The position numbers and the translations under genes are program-made. A stretch of 64,000 nt of DNA, from contig NC_086097.1 of assembly GCF_963921235.1 (NCBI RefSeq), positions 214,708,001 to 214,772,000 on the forward strand. The letters are read 5' to 3'. Position 1 is the first letter of the stretch, and every line of letters begins with the position of its first letter. Origin of the DNA: Mobula hypostoma. Its lineage: Eukaryota. The notes beneath the pieces are model-generated. The model saw only the letters and a program-made list of their open reading frames with translations. It was not told the DNA's origin and made no database searches. Below, piece after piece: positions 12,086 through 25,520 of the stretch.

Positions 12086-12639
12086 CACATGGTAGCCGGA
12101 GAGGAGCCTGGTGAAAGAATTGTAAATTTGAGAGTTGCAAACCAAGGTTTTAAATTAAGTTAAAGTAGGGTAAAATCTGAAGGATAAAGTAACCAGAATA
12201 AACTGAGCTTGCTTAGTTGCTAAAGTTATAGGATGTTCATCAGCAAGAAGTTGAAGGGAGAGTACTGAAAGAGAATCTACCCACCTCTGCATGTGCTGAG
12301 AAGTTAAAGGAACTAGTTGTCATTACAATTCCCTGACTAACAAATGGACAACAAAACAGCACCAAGTGAAGGAAAAGGCTACATGGATTCAAGGATAGCT
12401 AAAAATTCATCGGTGATATTTGTTATTAAAGCAGATGGCAAAAGCAATCAGCCACAAAAAGGGAGTTGGAATATAATTGTGGAAAGCTACCAGTAAGAAA
12501 TCTTTTAAATATGTTGATAAAAATAAAAGGATGAAAGGAAAATTTAATTCTGTAAAGATTAATGCCGGTAAGACTTCAACCAACAATAAGGAAATGGCTT
12601 CCATGGTAAATAAGGACTGTATATGGACTAAGATGAAGT

Positions 12640-13010
12640 GGGTAGAGTAGAGCTGCTGTCTAACAGCCACAGTAGTCCAAGTTCACTCCTGGTCCCTGGC
12701 ACTGTCTGTGTGGAGTTTGCACACTCTTCCTGTGATCACATTGGGGTTCACTGAATACTCCGGCTTCCTTCCACTTCCCGGAACTCTGTAGGTTGGTAAG
12801 CGAATTGGTCATTGTAAATTGGCCCTAGTGTGCAGATGGGTAGCAGAATCTGGGAGGAGTTAATAAGAATTTAGTGAGAATGAAATAGGTTTTCAGGATG
12901 TATATTGTATACATTCCTCTGACAATAAATTGTACCTTTAAGCCTTTGGATTAAAGGAAATGATTCCTCAGTGCTTGACGTAGGTTCAGTGAGCTGGAGG
13001 GCCTGTTTCT
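12640..13010 (+). mobile_element. HE1/V-SINE
   Basis: tRNA-like head, V-domain-like tgtctgtgtggagtttgcac...tccggcttccttcca, then aattggtcattgtaaattggccctagtgtg. Confidence 0.8.
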
Positions 13011-14084
13011 GCAAAACTCCGTCACTCTGCATAAGGAGAATCTAAAATTGTTTCGAGGAAAGAATTTAATGGATTTAGGATAAGTTTAAGAGAAAAATGG
13101 TAATGAACAGAGCAATGGGACCCGACATAAGTCTTCAGGACTTAAACAAAAAAACTTCACAACATATGTCAGTGATAATAAACTTAATACTGATTCTGAT
13201 GTTCCATCTCAGCGAACTTTGATCTGTTTGGCAAAAAAATCGGCAGCTCCACACAAGAGATGCAGAAACAAAAAAAAATGTAATCAAACCTGAAGTGAGG
13301 TTTCATTTTGCTTTGGTAAGTGGGCAATAGGGAATAGAGGAATGAAAAAATGTTGCTGGGTGATGTATGATAGTGAGAGGGGCAACAGCTTTACAATAAA
13401 TATATTATTGTTATAGCTTGTTTTTCCTTTTAATAAACCCCTTCACACAGTTTATAGGTTCTTGGGGTGTCTCTGAACTTCTTATAGGCAGGTAATGTCT
13501 TTTATCTTGGAAACACACTACAGATTTCTCACCTTAACTGCTGGATAATAGTATTACTTGGGTTATCATAATCCACTGTTTGATGGAACCATCTCTGACA
13601 TGTTGTTGACTTGGATGACGGAATAGAGTTTTGGAAGATACTACATTAGGAATCACAGTAAATAGCATAGCAGATGAAAGTGGAAATTTAGAAATGTGAT
13701 ACAGCTTATGTGTGTTGGCATACCACGATAACAGTTAGAACTGTATGAATCCAAAGAAACTGAAGGTTTTAAGTGGTATGTGATGTGAGCTGGAACTTCC
13801 TCTCCATACTTCAATGTTCTTAGGTGCTGCATGAAAGGGTTTATTTAAAGAAAAACAATTGTTAAACAAAATCAGATTCTTTCTGCTTGAGTTGGATTGG
13901 TTACTAAATTTATTCTGGACCAGACATGGATGTGATGTGCCAATGGACAGAGCCACTAGGCATAGGCAATAACATCGCATTGTAAGTTGATGCTGCTCGC
14001 TTCAGGTGTGCATGCCTATCCTGCAAATGATGTGTGCGACTCAGTCAGAGCCAGGCCTTCCCAGGAAAATTCAGCCCTGCTTCT

Positions 14085-14365
14085 CTGCAAAGCATCATTG
14101 ATGGAAAAGAATAAACGATCAAGGTTTCAGCTGAGGCCCTGCTGGAGGAACTCTGCAGACCAGGCAGCATCTATGGAAAAGAGTATAGTCAACGTTTTGG
14201 GCCGAAACCCTTCAGCGGGACTGAAGCAGGACTTTTTTTCTCCAGACTTGCTGAAAGGTCTCGGCCCAAAACGTCGACTATACTCTTTTCCATAGATGCT
14301 GCCTAGCCTGCTGAGTTCCTCCAGCACTTTGTGTGTGTTGCTCGGATTCCCAGCACCTGCAGACT
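14085..14365. mobile_element. Inverted pair of Penelope-like terminal repeats with mutated hammerhead motifs
   Basis: Arms 14140-14223 (-) and 14243-14326 (+) are near reverse complements. A third truncated minus copy lies at 14085-14140. Confidence 0.85.
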
Positions 14366-14641
14366 TTTTAGTTCTGTCTCTATTATCAATTTCTTTACTC
14401 TGAGTATTTCAATGATAGGCTGAAGCTAAGTACACACTGTGCACAGCAAGACGCTACTTCTTGTTGACAGAGACGGACTTTTTAAATGTTATTGAGCATC
14501 TCTAATGCCCTCATTTTTAGGTTTACCATTAGCAACCATTCTCCTTAGGCTTCAGTGAAATGATAAATTGATTCTTCTAAACTGCTTATCTTCTAATTCT
14601 TTCTCCGAGGAGACTTTAGCCATTTTAAGTTTCCAATACCT

Positions 14642-15000
14642 CAAAGGTTCAAAGATTCATTTATTATCAAAGTACAGTTTACAGCTCTGATATTCTTCTT
14701 CTCCAGATAGCCATGAAACCAAGAAAAAAAAGGAATGGCAGCACGATCATCAGCCCTCAAATCCCAACCCCCCACACAAAAAAATGAAAAGCCACATCGA
14801 CCCCCAAATCTCCCCTCCCCCACATACAAGAAAAAACAAGAAGGATTAGCGAAAAACACAGAATACAAAAAAAAACAGAAGACTGAATAAAAGTCCACAG
14901 TCCAAGTCCACATCCAAAACACAGAAAACCTGGGCAAAATTCTCCCTCTCCATAGCTGAGCGATCTCTCCAGCGATAAAAAGGCAGTCTCCCCTCTCCAC
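14642..15000 (-). mobile_element. Non-autonomous Rex1-tailed element, 3' part
   Basis: Reverse complement matches 10690-11030 (ttcttggtttcatggcta...agagctgta...ctttgataataaatgaatctttgaacctttga). Confidence 0.75.
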
Positions 15001-17354
15001 TGCAGTACCGGTGGAATACCTTTGGAAATCCTATTGTTTAAGGTGGGAGGGGCAGTGAGGACAGTTTTGGAAAAAAGGTGTTCACCCATATAAGCTTGCA
15101 AGAATAAATAATGAGGGGGCCTTGCACCCAAAGACTCCCTGATATCAGAAACACTACTCAACTACAGCCCCCATAAGCCTTGCTTTACATTCACAACACT
15201 GCAATTGGAGGTCTACCTATTACCAATCCCCAATTCACTTGATAGGAATTGTATCATTCTAAATGAGGTTGGGTATCAAAAATCCTAAAGAGGTATAAAC
15301 CAACCGATAGAGTTTGCCTCTCCCTCTTTCTCACCAGCTACTGTACACCTCACGACAGCTCACTCCTACCAAACAATTGAGGATAAGATAACCTAAGACT
15401 CCAAATCCACCCTCCCCTCCACCTGCTGTACTAAACCCACCAAACTCTGGCTCACCGTTAGAAGCCAATTCTCAAGCAGAGGCTGTGAAAACCATGGGGT
15501 TTCCTAACATAACAGCAGACAATCTGTCTTCACCTCAGCTGCTGAGCAGTGTAGATGAGTATCTCTTTCCAAATTTCATCCTCACTCCTAACCAACTTTA
15601 TGTGCAAACTTTCACAAACATTGTTATTAACTCAAGATTCTGAGTAAAGATTTACACTGTTCCTTCTTCAGTGTTAGTAGAATAAAGTAGAAATATTGAT
15701 CCTATGTAATCAGTGCTTCATGATGTTGTTGCATCCTGCAGAATAGTCTGGTCTAACTAGTTATAAAAATATTTTCCATTTCTCTGCCGTGATGTGTCAT
15801 TCATGTTGTCCTGCATCACTGCTGAAGTACACAGAGCACAACACAATGAAGATGAATCTGAAAGGACACCGCACAGTTGAAGGGATGAGCAATACCCCAA
15901 CTATTTCTTTCATCTCTAACGAATAGAAGTGCCACCGTGGTGTATGCTGCATAGTGAATGCTTTCATATTACCCATCACCTCACTGAAGTCACCGTATTT
16001 ATTGTAACTGAGGAGGAACATAAGTTAAAATGAAAAGCATTTTCCACCATCTTTACCTTACCAGTAACAGGATAACACAACGAGTTTTTGTCCTATGACC
16101 GTCCACAGTTAAAAACTAAAATCAATATTATTTATTTCTTATTGTTTTATCAATGGGATGAATCCTGGGCATTTGTATGTGGGGATTCTGATTTTCTTTT
16201 GAGGGCAACTACCTCTGAGAGGCTGGAGTACGAGTCAGAATTCAGAAGTGACTGTGAAGAGGTGTTTTTACACAAAAGTGGATTGTCTCCAAAGCACAGC
16301 AATTAGGGAAAAAAACTTGAAAAATTCTGAGCTGTCAGCTCTCGGTGTGTGCTGGCTGTGTCTATGTGACACCTCCACAGATGGCCCAATCGAAATCCCA
16401 TTAATTCACACCTATAATCAAAGGAATTAATTGGTTTCAGTGGGAGAGCCAGGGATCCTTTCCCTAAACAAAACAATTCCTCTTTTTGCAGGAAGCCTGA
16501 AATACTTCCATAGAGTATCTTCTGCAAAAAAAAGGTCCAGACGAGGATTGAAAATACATCGGCATTGGGCTTTGGTTGAGGGGATAACAGCTGAACAATG
16601 TGATCACAAAGTCGTCTTCTCCTGTTTGGAATGGTGCTATGGAATCTATCACATTATCTGAGGGACAAAATATGGTATTTATTTAATATCCTGACAGAAA
16701 AGTGGTACATTGTTTTGTTTTTCTGGGCCCAAAGGTGCTTCACGGATCTTTAGACTCAGGATTAAACTTTATCCCTGGTGAAGGGGTACACTCAAGTAAA
16801 ATTACAGAGGATTACAGGATGATTTAGTGAGTAAAATTCCAACATATCCTTCCTTATGTTGTGTTCAGAGCTCTCCCAGCTCGGTCAGAGGGCTGATGGG
16901 ACTGATAGGATTGGTAGTGTCAGAGCCTGACCTCGACTCAGTGCCTCAGTTATTTTTCCTGTGTACTTATTTACGTTACTGTTCCATGCAGTCGGGATTG
17001 ATTTATAACTCAGTGCCCTGGTGCAGAGGGAGGGAAGATCAACTAAATACTCTTCGGTCAAGCTGAGTAGAGGTGATGGGCTTCCTTCCCTGAAAATCAT
17101 GAATAAATCAGAGGGAATTTTACAATTATCTCATAGTTCTCACAATAATATCAGCCCATAGGTTACCCAACATTGAATCCAATTTCCCATCATCCATGGA
17201 CATCTGATTTAATTTCCATCCCTTCTCATCAGGAAAGGAACATGTGGAATCAAGGCATCTGGAGGGAAGTTTTAAAATCTTAGGATTTAGGCAGTGTGTC
17301 TCATTTTCATCTCCTAATGCAGGAACCAGTCCATAATACTGTTTTATTAATAAG

Positions 17355-19560
17355 ACCGTAAGACTATAAGAGATTTTGCAGCAGAAATAGGTCATTTGGC
17401 CCATCAAATCTGCTCCATCATTAATCATGGCTGATTTATTACCCCTTCCAAGCCCATTCTCCTGCCTTCTCCCAGGAGCCTTTGCCACCCTAACTAATGA
17501 AGAACTTCTCAATATCCACTTTAAATATATTCAATGTCTTGGCATGCGCAGCCATCTGCAGCAAAGAATTTCCACAAGTTCACCACCCTCTGGCTAAAGA
17601 AATCTTTCCTCATCTCTGATCTAAATGAATGTTCCTCAATTCTGAGGCTGTGCCCTCTGGTCCTAGGAAACATCCTCTCCTCTTCCACTTTACCTAAACC
17701 ATTCAATATTCAATAGGTTTCAATGAGATTCCCCCTCATTCTTCTAAACTCCAGTGAGTACAGGCCCAGAGCCAGCAAACGCTCCTCATATGTTTTCCCT
17801 TTCATTCCTGGGATCATTCTTGTGAACCTCCTCTGGACTCCCTCAGTACATCTTTTAGATAAGAAGTCCAAAACTGCTCACAATACTCCAAGTGCAGTCG
17901 AACCAGTGCTTTATAAAGCAGACATCCCACCCTGCAAAAACTCATTTCAGAGAGGTAGCACCATCAATTTGCAGGAGACTCCTGGAACTTCCGGGAGAGG
18001 TGGGATGTCTGCAATAGAGTAGCTCCTTAGCAGCTAGCCAGCTAGTTTAAATAACATTAGCTATGCTAATGAACGAATGACACCTGTTAAACTCACCTCA
18101 ACATGTCTTTTACAGTCTTAACCCACCATGGGCAATAGAAAAGTCACTGTTGCAAACAGTGCAGCGAGCAACACTGTCATTATTTTTGGCCCCTATTAGG
18201 CATGGGTACACTTTAGTGTAGTCTGAGGTGACGTACGTTTTATATATATTTTTTGGAACACTCTCTCATGGCGCACGCATGCGTGCGCTCTCTTTCTCTC
18301 TCTCCCTCTCGCTCTCAAAAAAAAATCGATTTCCGGGATATTGTATATAACTTGCGGGTGTCAAGGAGCCGCTAACAATATGTGGAAGACTCCTGGAACT
18401 TCTGGGAGAGCTGGGATGCCTGATAAAGCCTCAGCACTACATCATTGCTTTTGTATTTTAGTCCTCTTGTAATGAATGCGAACACTGCATTTGCCTTCCT
18501 TACCAGCAACACAACCTGCAAATTAACCTATAAGGAATCTACACCTCAGGTTTTTGAATTTTTTCCCCATTTACAAAATGGTCCATGCCTTTATTCTTTC
18601 TGCCAAAGTGCATGATCTACATTATATTCCATCACCCAGTTTTTTGCCCATTCCTTCTGCAGACCCCTTGCTTTCTCAACACTACCTGCCTCTTCACCTA
18701 TCTTCATATTGTCCACAAACTTGCCCACTAAGCCATCAATTCCGTCATCCAAATCATTGACAAACAATGTAAAAAGGAGCAGTCCCAACACCAGCCCCTG
18801 CGGAACACCACTGGTCACTGGCAGCCAACCAGAAATGGCCCCCCTTCATTCCTACTCTTTGCCTTCTGTCAGTCAGACAACCTTCCGTCCATTCCCATAT
18901 CTTTCTGCTAATACCATGGGCTCCTTTTTTGTTAAGCAGCCTCATGTGTGGCACTTTGTCAAAGGCCTTCTGAAAATCTAAATAAGCAACATCCACTGAC
19001 TTTGTCCATCTTGCCTATTATTTCCTTAAAAAAATACATTTCCTTAAAAAAAGATTTGTCAGACAAGATTTTCCCTGAAGGAAACCTTGCTGATTTGACC
19101 TTTAAGTACCCCAAAACCCCATCCTTAAAGCAGGTATACTTTCCTTTCTTCTTCCTCCTTCTCTCCTTGAAGTATGGAGTGATATTTGCAATTTTCCTGT
19201 CTTTGGGAACCATTCCAGAATCTAGTGATTCTTGAAAGATCATTACTTATGCCTCCACAATCTCTTCAGCAACCTCTTTCAGAATCCTGGGGTGTAGTCC
19301 ATCTGGTCCAGGTGACTTATCTACCTTCAGAGCTTTCAGCTTCCCAAGCACCTTCTTCTTAGAATGACTTTCACTTCTGACCGCTCGACACTCTCACTTT
19401 TTTGGCATTCTGCTAGCATCTGCCACGGTGAAGACTGTCGCAAAGTACTAAATAAGTTTCTCCAACATTTCTCTGTCCCCCATTTCTAACTCTCCAGCAT
19501 AATTTTCCAGAAGTTTGATATCCACTTGCATTTCTCCTTTGCTCCTTATGTAACTTGTAT
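17355..19560 (-). mobile_element. CR1 LINE, decayed RT to 3' end, interrupted by a MITE
   Basis: MIFQESLDSGMVPKD, DVAYLDFQKAFDKVPH, SGVPQGLVLG, KFVDNMKIG and FFSQRVVNLW in broken frames; (TCTTA)-type tail. Confidence 0.95.
17919..18422. mobile_element. MITE / non-autonomous DNA transposon with 6-bp TSD
   Basis: TIR CAGACATCCCA...TGGGATGCCTG. ATAAAG is duplicated at 17913-17918 and 18423-18428 and the CR1 sequence is restored on removal. Confidence 0.85.
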
Positions 19561-20239
19561 TACTCCTTAATAAGCCTTATTAGATGATAATTTAATGATC
19601 TATGGTTTCCTCGCAGCTAATCCAAGGAAGGAACTGCTGGTTGTACAGCACAGGGTTTCTCTTAGCATGCCTTATCGGTCAGTAGGAACCGCAGTGTTTA
19701 CTCCAGAACTCTGTAGGAAGCCGCAATTCTCACTTGCCTCCCCTTCATTCACCAATTGTTCCTAGCACATTGTTAGGCTTCATTTGAATTCTTACTTAGA
19801 TGTTTTCAGTCCTATTCTCGCTATTGGCTCCTCAGAGAAGCACACATTCCAGATATCTCACCCCTAGCTCCCCTCACTGTGCAGGATTCCATCCCTAAAA
19901 TCTCCCCAAATCTCCCGGAGCAAAGATTCCTTCCAGGCGGCTCGGAAGATGAATTTTAAATATGAGGGCTGCTAATAAAATCAGCAAGGTCCCTGTCGTG
20001 CAATAGTTTCCCAGAGCCTCTGAGCTCTCCCACACCTTTCCAGTTAATATCATGATCATATTATGAGAGTAAGCTGTTTTTGAACTTTGATAGCTGAGCA
20101 GGAGCTATACATGACCTTTATGACTGAAACTAAATAGTGTAGAAAAATGTAAGAAGCCTTTGAAAATGCTGGAATGTGACAGGAAATTTCTGTTGTGTAA
20201 GTGTGATTTCTGAGGCTCTTAAAATTTGGTATGTTAAAA

Positions 20240-21105
20240 TTAGAATCAGGTCTACTATTCAAATTCAAGTTTAATTTTCATTCAATTATACACACAGATA
20301 TAACTAAATGAAGTAGCATTCCTCCAGGACCAAGGTGGTAAACACAGTGCGTACAGTCACACACAGCACAAAGAGTAACAATAGCACATACAGTCAGGAA
20401 AATAACATTAGCACAAGACCCTGAGAGGCATTGCATGAAGATTGATGGTGCATGAGATATTGTCCTGGAGCCACGTTTCTGCAAGAGCAAGTATGCAGCA
20501 GTTCCTCATCTCGCATCAGCCACAGACAAAAGCAAATCAGCTTGCCTCGCATTGGCTCAGCCATAGGCAATCCAGCTCTTCTTCCAGGAGAGCAGCACTG
20601 ATAGGAGGGGTCGGCCCCCAACCCAGAACGCCTACTGTGCCTCTGTTCTTTCACACACGCCCTTCCGCATCTCCTGCCCTGGGTGACTAACAGGCAATGC
20701 TATGGAATGAGGCCCTGGTCCGTGCAACAACCGAGGCCATGCACTTTCCCCACTGTCGGTCATGCTAATGAACTGGACTTGCAGGATTTTGTGTTACCAA
20801 TATCCAACAGGGTCTTCCTATCACAGGAAAAATAGTTAAGTGAAGCCTTTGCACCATTTGTTGGACCGCGTGCTGCTTCTGATGACTTCTTCCCTGTTCA
20901 TCTGTAGCAAGCGACAATAGAGTACTGTATGCTGTAAGCCTACGTTGTGCAGCTCCTCTGATGTCCAGCAACTCGCTAGTGAGGTAGAATTGCAGCACTT
21001 GGTTTTCTCAATATCCAGCATCATCTTACAATCAGAACAAGGACATGAAGGATGAACAATTGTACCACTGAGAGGCCATTGTGACCAAGCATGCCACCAT
21101 CTTAA
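20240..21105 (-). mobile_element. Non-autonomous element with Rex1-like ends
   Basis: Minus strand starts ttaagatggtgg and ends aaattaaacttgaatttgaa; no coding capacity. Confidence 0.5.
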
Positions 21106-21144
21106 GTTACTAACATATCACTGACATATATTGTGAAGTTTTAT

Positions 21145-21310
21145 TCAGGCCTCTGCCCCCTTTGTTTCCAGTCCTGATGAAGGGTCTCAGTCCACAACCT
21201 TGACTGTTTGTTTATTCCCCTTTATCGGTGCTGCCCGACCTGCTGAGTTCCTCTAGCATTTTGTGTGTGTTGCTCGAGATTTCCAGCATCTGCAGAATTT
21301 CTTATGTTTG
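21145..21310 (+). mobile_element. Penelope-like terminal repeat with degenerate hammerhead
   Basis: cagtcCTGATGAagggtctcagtcc ACAA ccttgactg (GAAA mutated), followed by gctgagttcctc...gtgtgttgct. Confidence 0.85.
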
Positions 21311-21795
21311 TGTCATGAAATTTGTTCTGTGCAAGACTTAAATAACTATACTTTATAAATGGTAAACATTGCAAAAAAGGATAAATGAGGAAGTATTCAT
21401 TGGTTCACTGACTGTTCAGTTATCTGACGGTCGAGGGGTAGAAGTTAATCCTAAACATTGATTGTGGATCTTCAGGCTGCTGTAACTTCCCCGATGGTGG
21501 TAATAAGAAGCGGGCATGTCCCACGTGGTGAGCATCCTTAATGTTGGATGCCCCAGTTTTGAGACTCTGCCTCTTGGAGATGTCCTCGGTGACAAGGAGG
21601 ATTGAACCCATGTTGAACAGTAGCTGGCTGAGTCCCCAATGCTCTGCGACCTCCTGTGTTCCTGCACCTTGGAGCCTCCACACCAGGTGGAGGTGCAGCC
21701 AGTCAGAATGCTCTCCATGGTACATCTGAGGAAATTTGCTAGTCTTTGGTGACACACCAAATCTCTTCAAAAGTCCTCATGAAATTGAGCCCCTG
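21310..21795 (-). mobile_element. Rex1 3' fragment
   Basis: MKRFGVSPKT / MESILTGCTSTW / FLLPPSG peptides. Confidence 0.85.
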
Positions 21796-21799
21796 GCTC

Positions 21800-21972
21800 T
21801 ATGTACAAACACACATACACAAATACATGCACAACTATACTGTACATCCACAAAATATACATACAAATAGATACAAACATATACAGATATACAAATACAC
21901 ATACAGACATTCAAGTATACGTCCACAAACAAATATGCCCATATTCAATCAAACACAAATCCATACTTACAA
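21800..21972. repeat. Degenerate (TACA/CA)n simple repeat
   Basis: acacatacacaaatacatgcac...atacaaatagatacaaacatatacagatatacaaatacac. Confidence 0.8.
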
Positions 21973-23654
21973 AATCTCTTAGCACATTAACAGACTGACT
22001 GCTAAAGGACTGTATGTTTCAGTCCTTGGCACCACTACAATTAAATTAAATTGAACAGGAATACCATGACAAAGGCAGATTATTGATGAGTGCTGACTGG
22101 AGCTTAGGGAATTTGCAGTAGGAAGTTATCAGCAGAGCTTTGAGGTTTGCATGTGCTTTCTCCTGCTCTTTTAGTTTTATTGGCCTTTAATCTGCTGACT
22201 GTCCTTACACTCAACTGGCAGGAATCTCACACTAATGGAAGAGGGATGTGAAATTATTGCAACCTGCCCGGGCACCAGTTCGATCCTTTTACATTAATCA
22301 AATTAAAATACCAAAGATAGTTTTTGCTAGATTGCACTGTATGTGGGTTTAAGGTCAGTATTTGTATATTTCAATGATAATGACCTTTCTGACCTGGAGT
22401 TCTGAATATTCAGTTCAGTCTAAATTGTAAAACCTGTATGTTCAAGAAATATAAATGCTCAATTTGTGAATTTATACAAGCAACTGTGTTTAAATATTCT
22501 ATTCATGAAAGAAAGCTCCCATTGCTTAATTATCAATGAGTTTTTAATATTTTTTACAAAATTCTTTAAAAACAGCACATATTATTCATAGATAATGGTT
22601 TCTATTTTGGTTCATCTTGGGAGTTCGACTCTTTTTCTGCTTCATTTAAGCTCCAGCTTTGTTCAGCTCTAAAAAGCTGTAATGTAGCATTCCTCAAATG
22701 AGCAGGCTATAGATTAAATTTTCTGGTGGACAGAGCCAAATTCTCAGGATTACTAGATGGCTTGTAGAATATACACAGTCTTCTCCCAGTGATGTTATGG
22801 AACAGTCTTTTGATCTCTACATGTAGCTAACATTACTTTTGCAGAGCAGTACTTTCAGATTTCAAGTCAGCTTAACTAATTATTTCATTGCACATATTGT
22901 CACTGTGAATATGCTTGGTATTACATGTTAACTGGCTCAATAGATTTGTACCTTTGCAAAATAACATTGAGTTGATTCGTGTCAAATTCAGGACATTCTG
23001 TAGTTAGCAGCATAGTGCTGGTATGTGACTTCATTGGAAAAAAAAGCAAAACCGCACCAAAAATGTGGCTGGGGAACAGCGGTGCCACAAGATGCACCAT
23101 ACATGCTGTACTGCACATACTTTGTCAATTCTCCAATATTACCTTACTGAAATGTAGCAGGAGTAAAGCTCCAAAAATCGGCGAGCAAAAAGTTGAAAGG
23201 AATCAGCCCATTCTAGGTTTAAGTAATATGAATATTTAATACTGGAGCACATGGAACATTTGCCTGAGCTGTGGACCATGGCAACAGTTGGAAAGTACAA
23301 GAGTCCGTAGCATCCTGGCCGTATTCCTCACTCTATCATTTTCATTTATTCAAACATGCTGAAAAATAATGTGCTGTCCTGGTGAAAGCTGCAAAGTAAA
23401 TCTGAAACAACAAAACTAGCATGTAATAGTGCTGAGAAATCTTACAACTAATATTAGATCAGAGATTGCAAGTTATCTAGTCTAGAATAGTGATAAATTA
23501 TTAAATAGCTTGGAGGTGATGAAGACTTCAAGCACATGTGACTGTGAAAGACAAGGCGGAAGTATTTATAATTATTGCCAGTCAGAAGTTCTGACTGTTG
23601 GATCTGCGTTGGCATGGTAATGATAACACCAAGGTCGGAGCTAGGTACGGCATG

Positions 23655-24100
23655 ATGGAGTAGTGGTTTGCGCAATTGCTTTATAGCGTCAATAATCACA
23701 GATTCCTGTAAGAAGTTTGTATGTTCTCCCCATAACTATGTGAGTTTCCTTCAGGTGTTTCCTTTCATAGAACTTAGAACTTAGAAATCTACAGCACATT
23801 ACAGGCCCTTCGGCCCACAATGTTGTGCTGACCATGTAACCTACTCTAAAAACTGCCTGGAATTTCCCTACCACATAGCCCACTATTTTTCTAAGCTCCA
23901 TGTACCTGTCTAAGGCATACAGTTCAGGTTAGCATTAGTAAATTGTGGGCATGCTATATTGGCACTGGAAGCGTGGCGACGCCTGCAGGGTGTCCCCAGC
24001 AAATCCTCACTGACTGATTTGATTTGATGCAAGCAATGCTTTTCACTGTGTGTTTCAACACTTCAATGTACAGGTGACAAATAAAGCTAATTTAATCTTG
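23655..24100 (+). mobile_element. V-SINE interrupted by a minus-strand CR1 3' end (~23765-23915)
   Basis: gtaagaagtttgtatgttctcccc V-domain; tail acaaataaagctaat shared with 54270-54545. The insert begins catagaacttagaacttagaaatctacagc. Confidence 0.75.
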
Positions 24101-24809
24101 GGTTCCAACTGAGATCACCAATCAGAATCATGTTCAATATCACTGGCATATGTTGGGCAATTTGTTGTTTTCTGGCAGCAATACAATTCAATATATAATA
24201 ATAAAAACTGAATTATAGTTAGAAGTGTATATATATATTTTAAAGTTACATTAAGTAAGTAGTGAAAACAAAAAGTAGTGAGGTGGTGTTCATGGGTTCA
24301 ATGTTAGGCCAGTTTTCAGGCATCTTGATTCACTCCCATGTGAATACAATGTCTCTGGCTCTAAAACTACATTCCTGCTGTGCTACGCTCCTGACTACCC
24401 GATTTCTCAAGCCAAGCGGTTCCAGTACTGTTTGTGCATTGGCATCTATTGCTAGAGTATATTCTGTTCTCCAAGAGTTAGACAACTACAACACAGCTAA
24501 TTGCACAGCACAGTCTCAACACCAAATATCAACGTACACCTTTGTATTCACAGATCTGGCTTCACCTGCTGGTTCTTCCAGTGCTCTGTTCCAACATCTG
24601 CAGTCTCCTTTCTCATCACAGCCATCAGTCTCCTTTCAATCAACAACAATGTAATGAAAGAAGTCCTCAACAAAGATGTTCTATCCAGTGGCACTTACCA
24701 ATAACTGCATAACCCAGATGCCCAGTTTGGGTTTTCATCAGGAACACTTGGCTGTAGACCTCGTCATAGCCCTGGTCCAAGCATGGACAAAAGAGCTAAA
24801 TTCACATAC

Positions 24810-25520
24810 CAAGCCAGCTTGAAAAGATGCAGTCATTCTTTCAATATGAGGATAGGTTGAGCAAGCTAGGGCTTTTCTCTTTGGAGAGGAAGAAGGTGAA
24901 AGGTGATTTGATAAGCGGTGTACAAGATGATCAGAGACACTTTGTGTGATTTTGATCGTGGCTCCGCAGCCTGAAGTTAACCATGACACAGAGCTAGATT
25001 GAATTGAATTGAACTGAATATGCCTGCACTAGTTCGACGAGTTACAGTTTGGTGTTTTATATTCTGTGTTTTATACTTTTTTTGCATATTGAGGGTTTGA
25101 TGCTTTTCTTTGAATGAGTTCTGTGGTGTTTTTTTTGTTTCCTGGCTGTCTATGGGAAGACGAATCTCAGGGTTCTATACTGCTTACATACTTTGATAAT
25201 AAATGTATTTTGAATCTTTGAGATCAAATGCACAGTCAGACTTTTTTCCACAGCGGAAATGGCTAATATAAGGGGGCATAACTTTAATGTGTTGGGAGGG
25301 ATATCAGACATAGGTTTTTCACACAGTGTGGTTGGTACATGGATCATGCTGCCAAAGTTGTAGAAGAGGCAGGTACATTAGGGACATTTAAGAGACTCTT
25401 AGATAGGCATGTGGATGAAAGAAAAATTGAGTCCCATGTGGGAGTGAACGACTAGATTGTTCTTAGAGAAGGTTAAAGGGCCAGCACAGCATCGGGGGCC
25501 AAAGAGCCTAGGTTCCATCA
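24810..25520 (+). mobile_element. CR1 3' fragment interrupted by a Rex1-tailed non-autonomous piece (~24945-25220)
   Basis: tatgaggataggttgagcaagctagggcttttctct before the insert and ttttttccacagcggaaatggctaat...tttttcacacagtgtggttgg after it. Confidence 0.75.

Noticed and set aside
15005..15590. Possible old L1/Tx1 fragment
   Set aside because: The composition is suggestive but I could read no diagnostic motif.
16690..17210. Possible ancient Deu-type SINE remnants (also ~45455-45640)
   Set aside because: Too degenerate to assign boundaries or family by eye.
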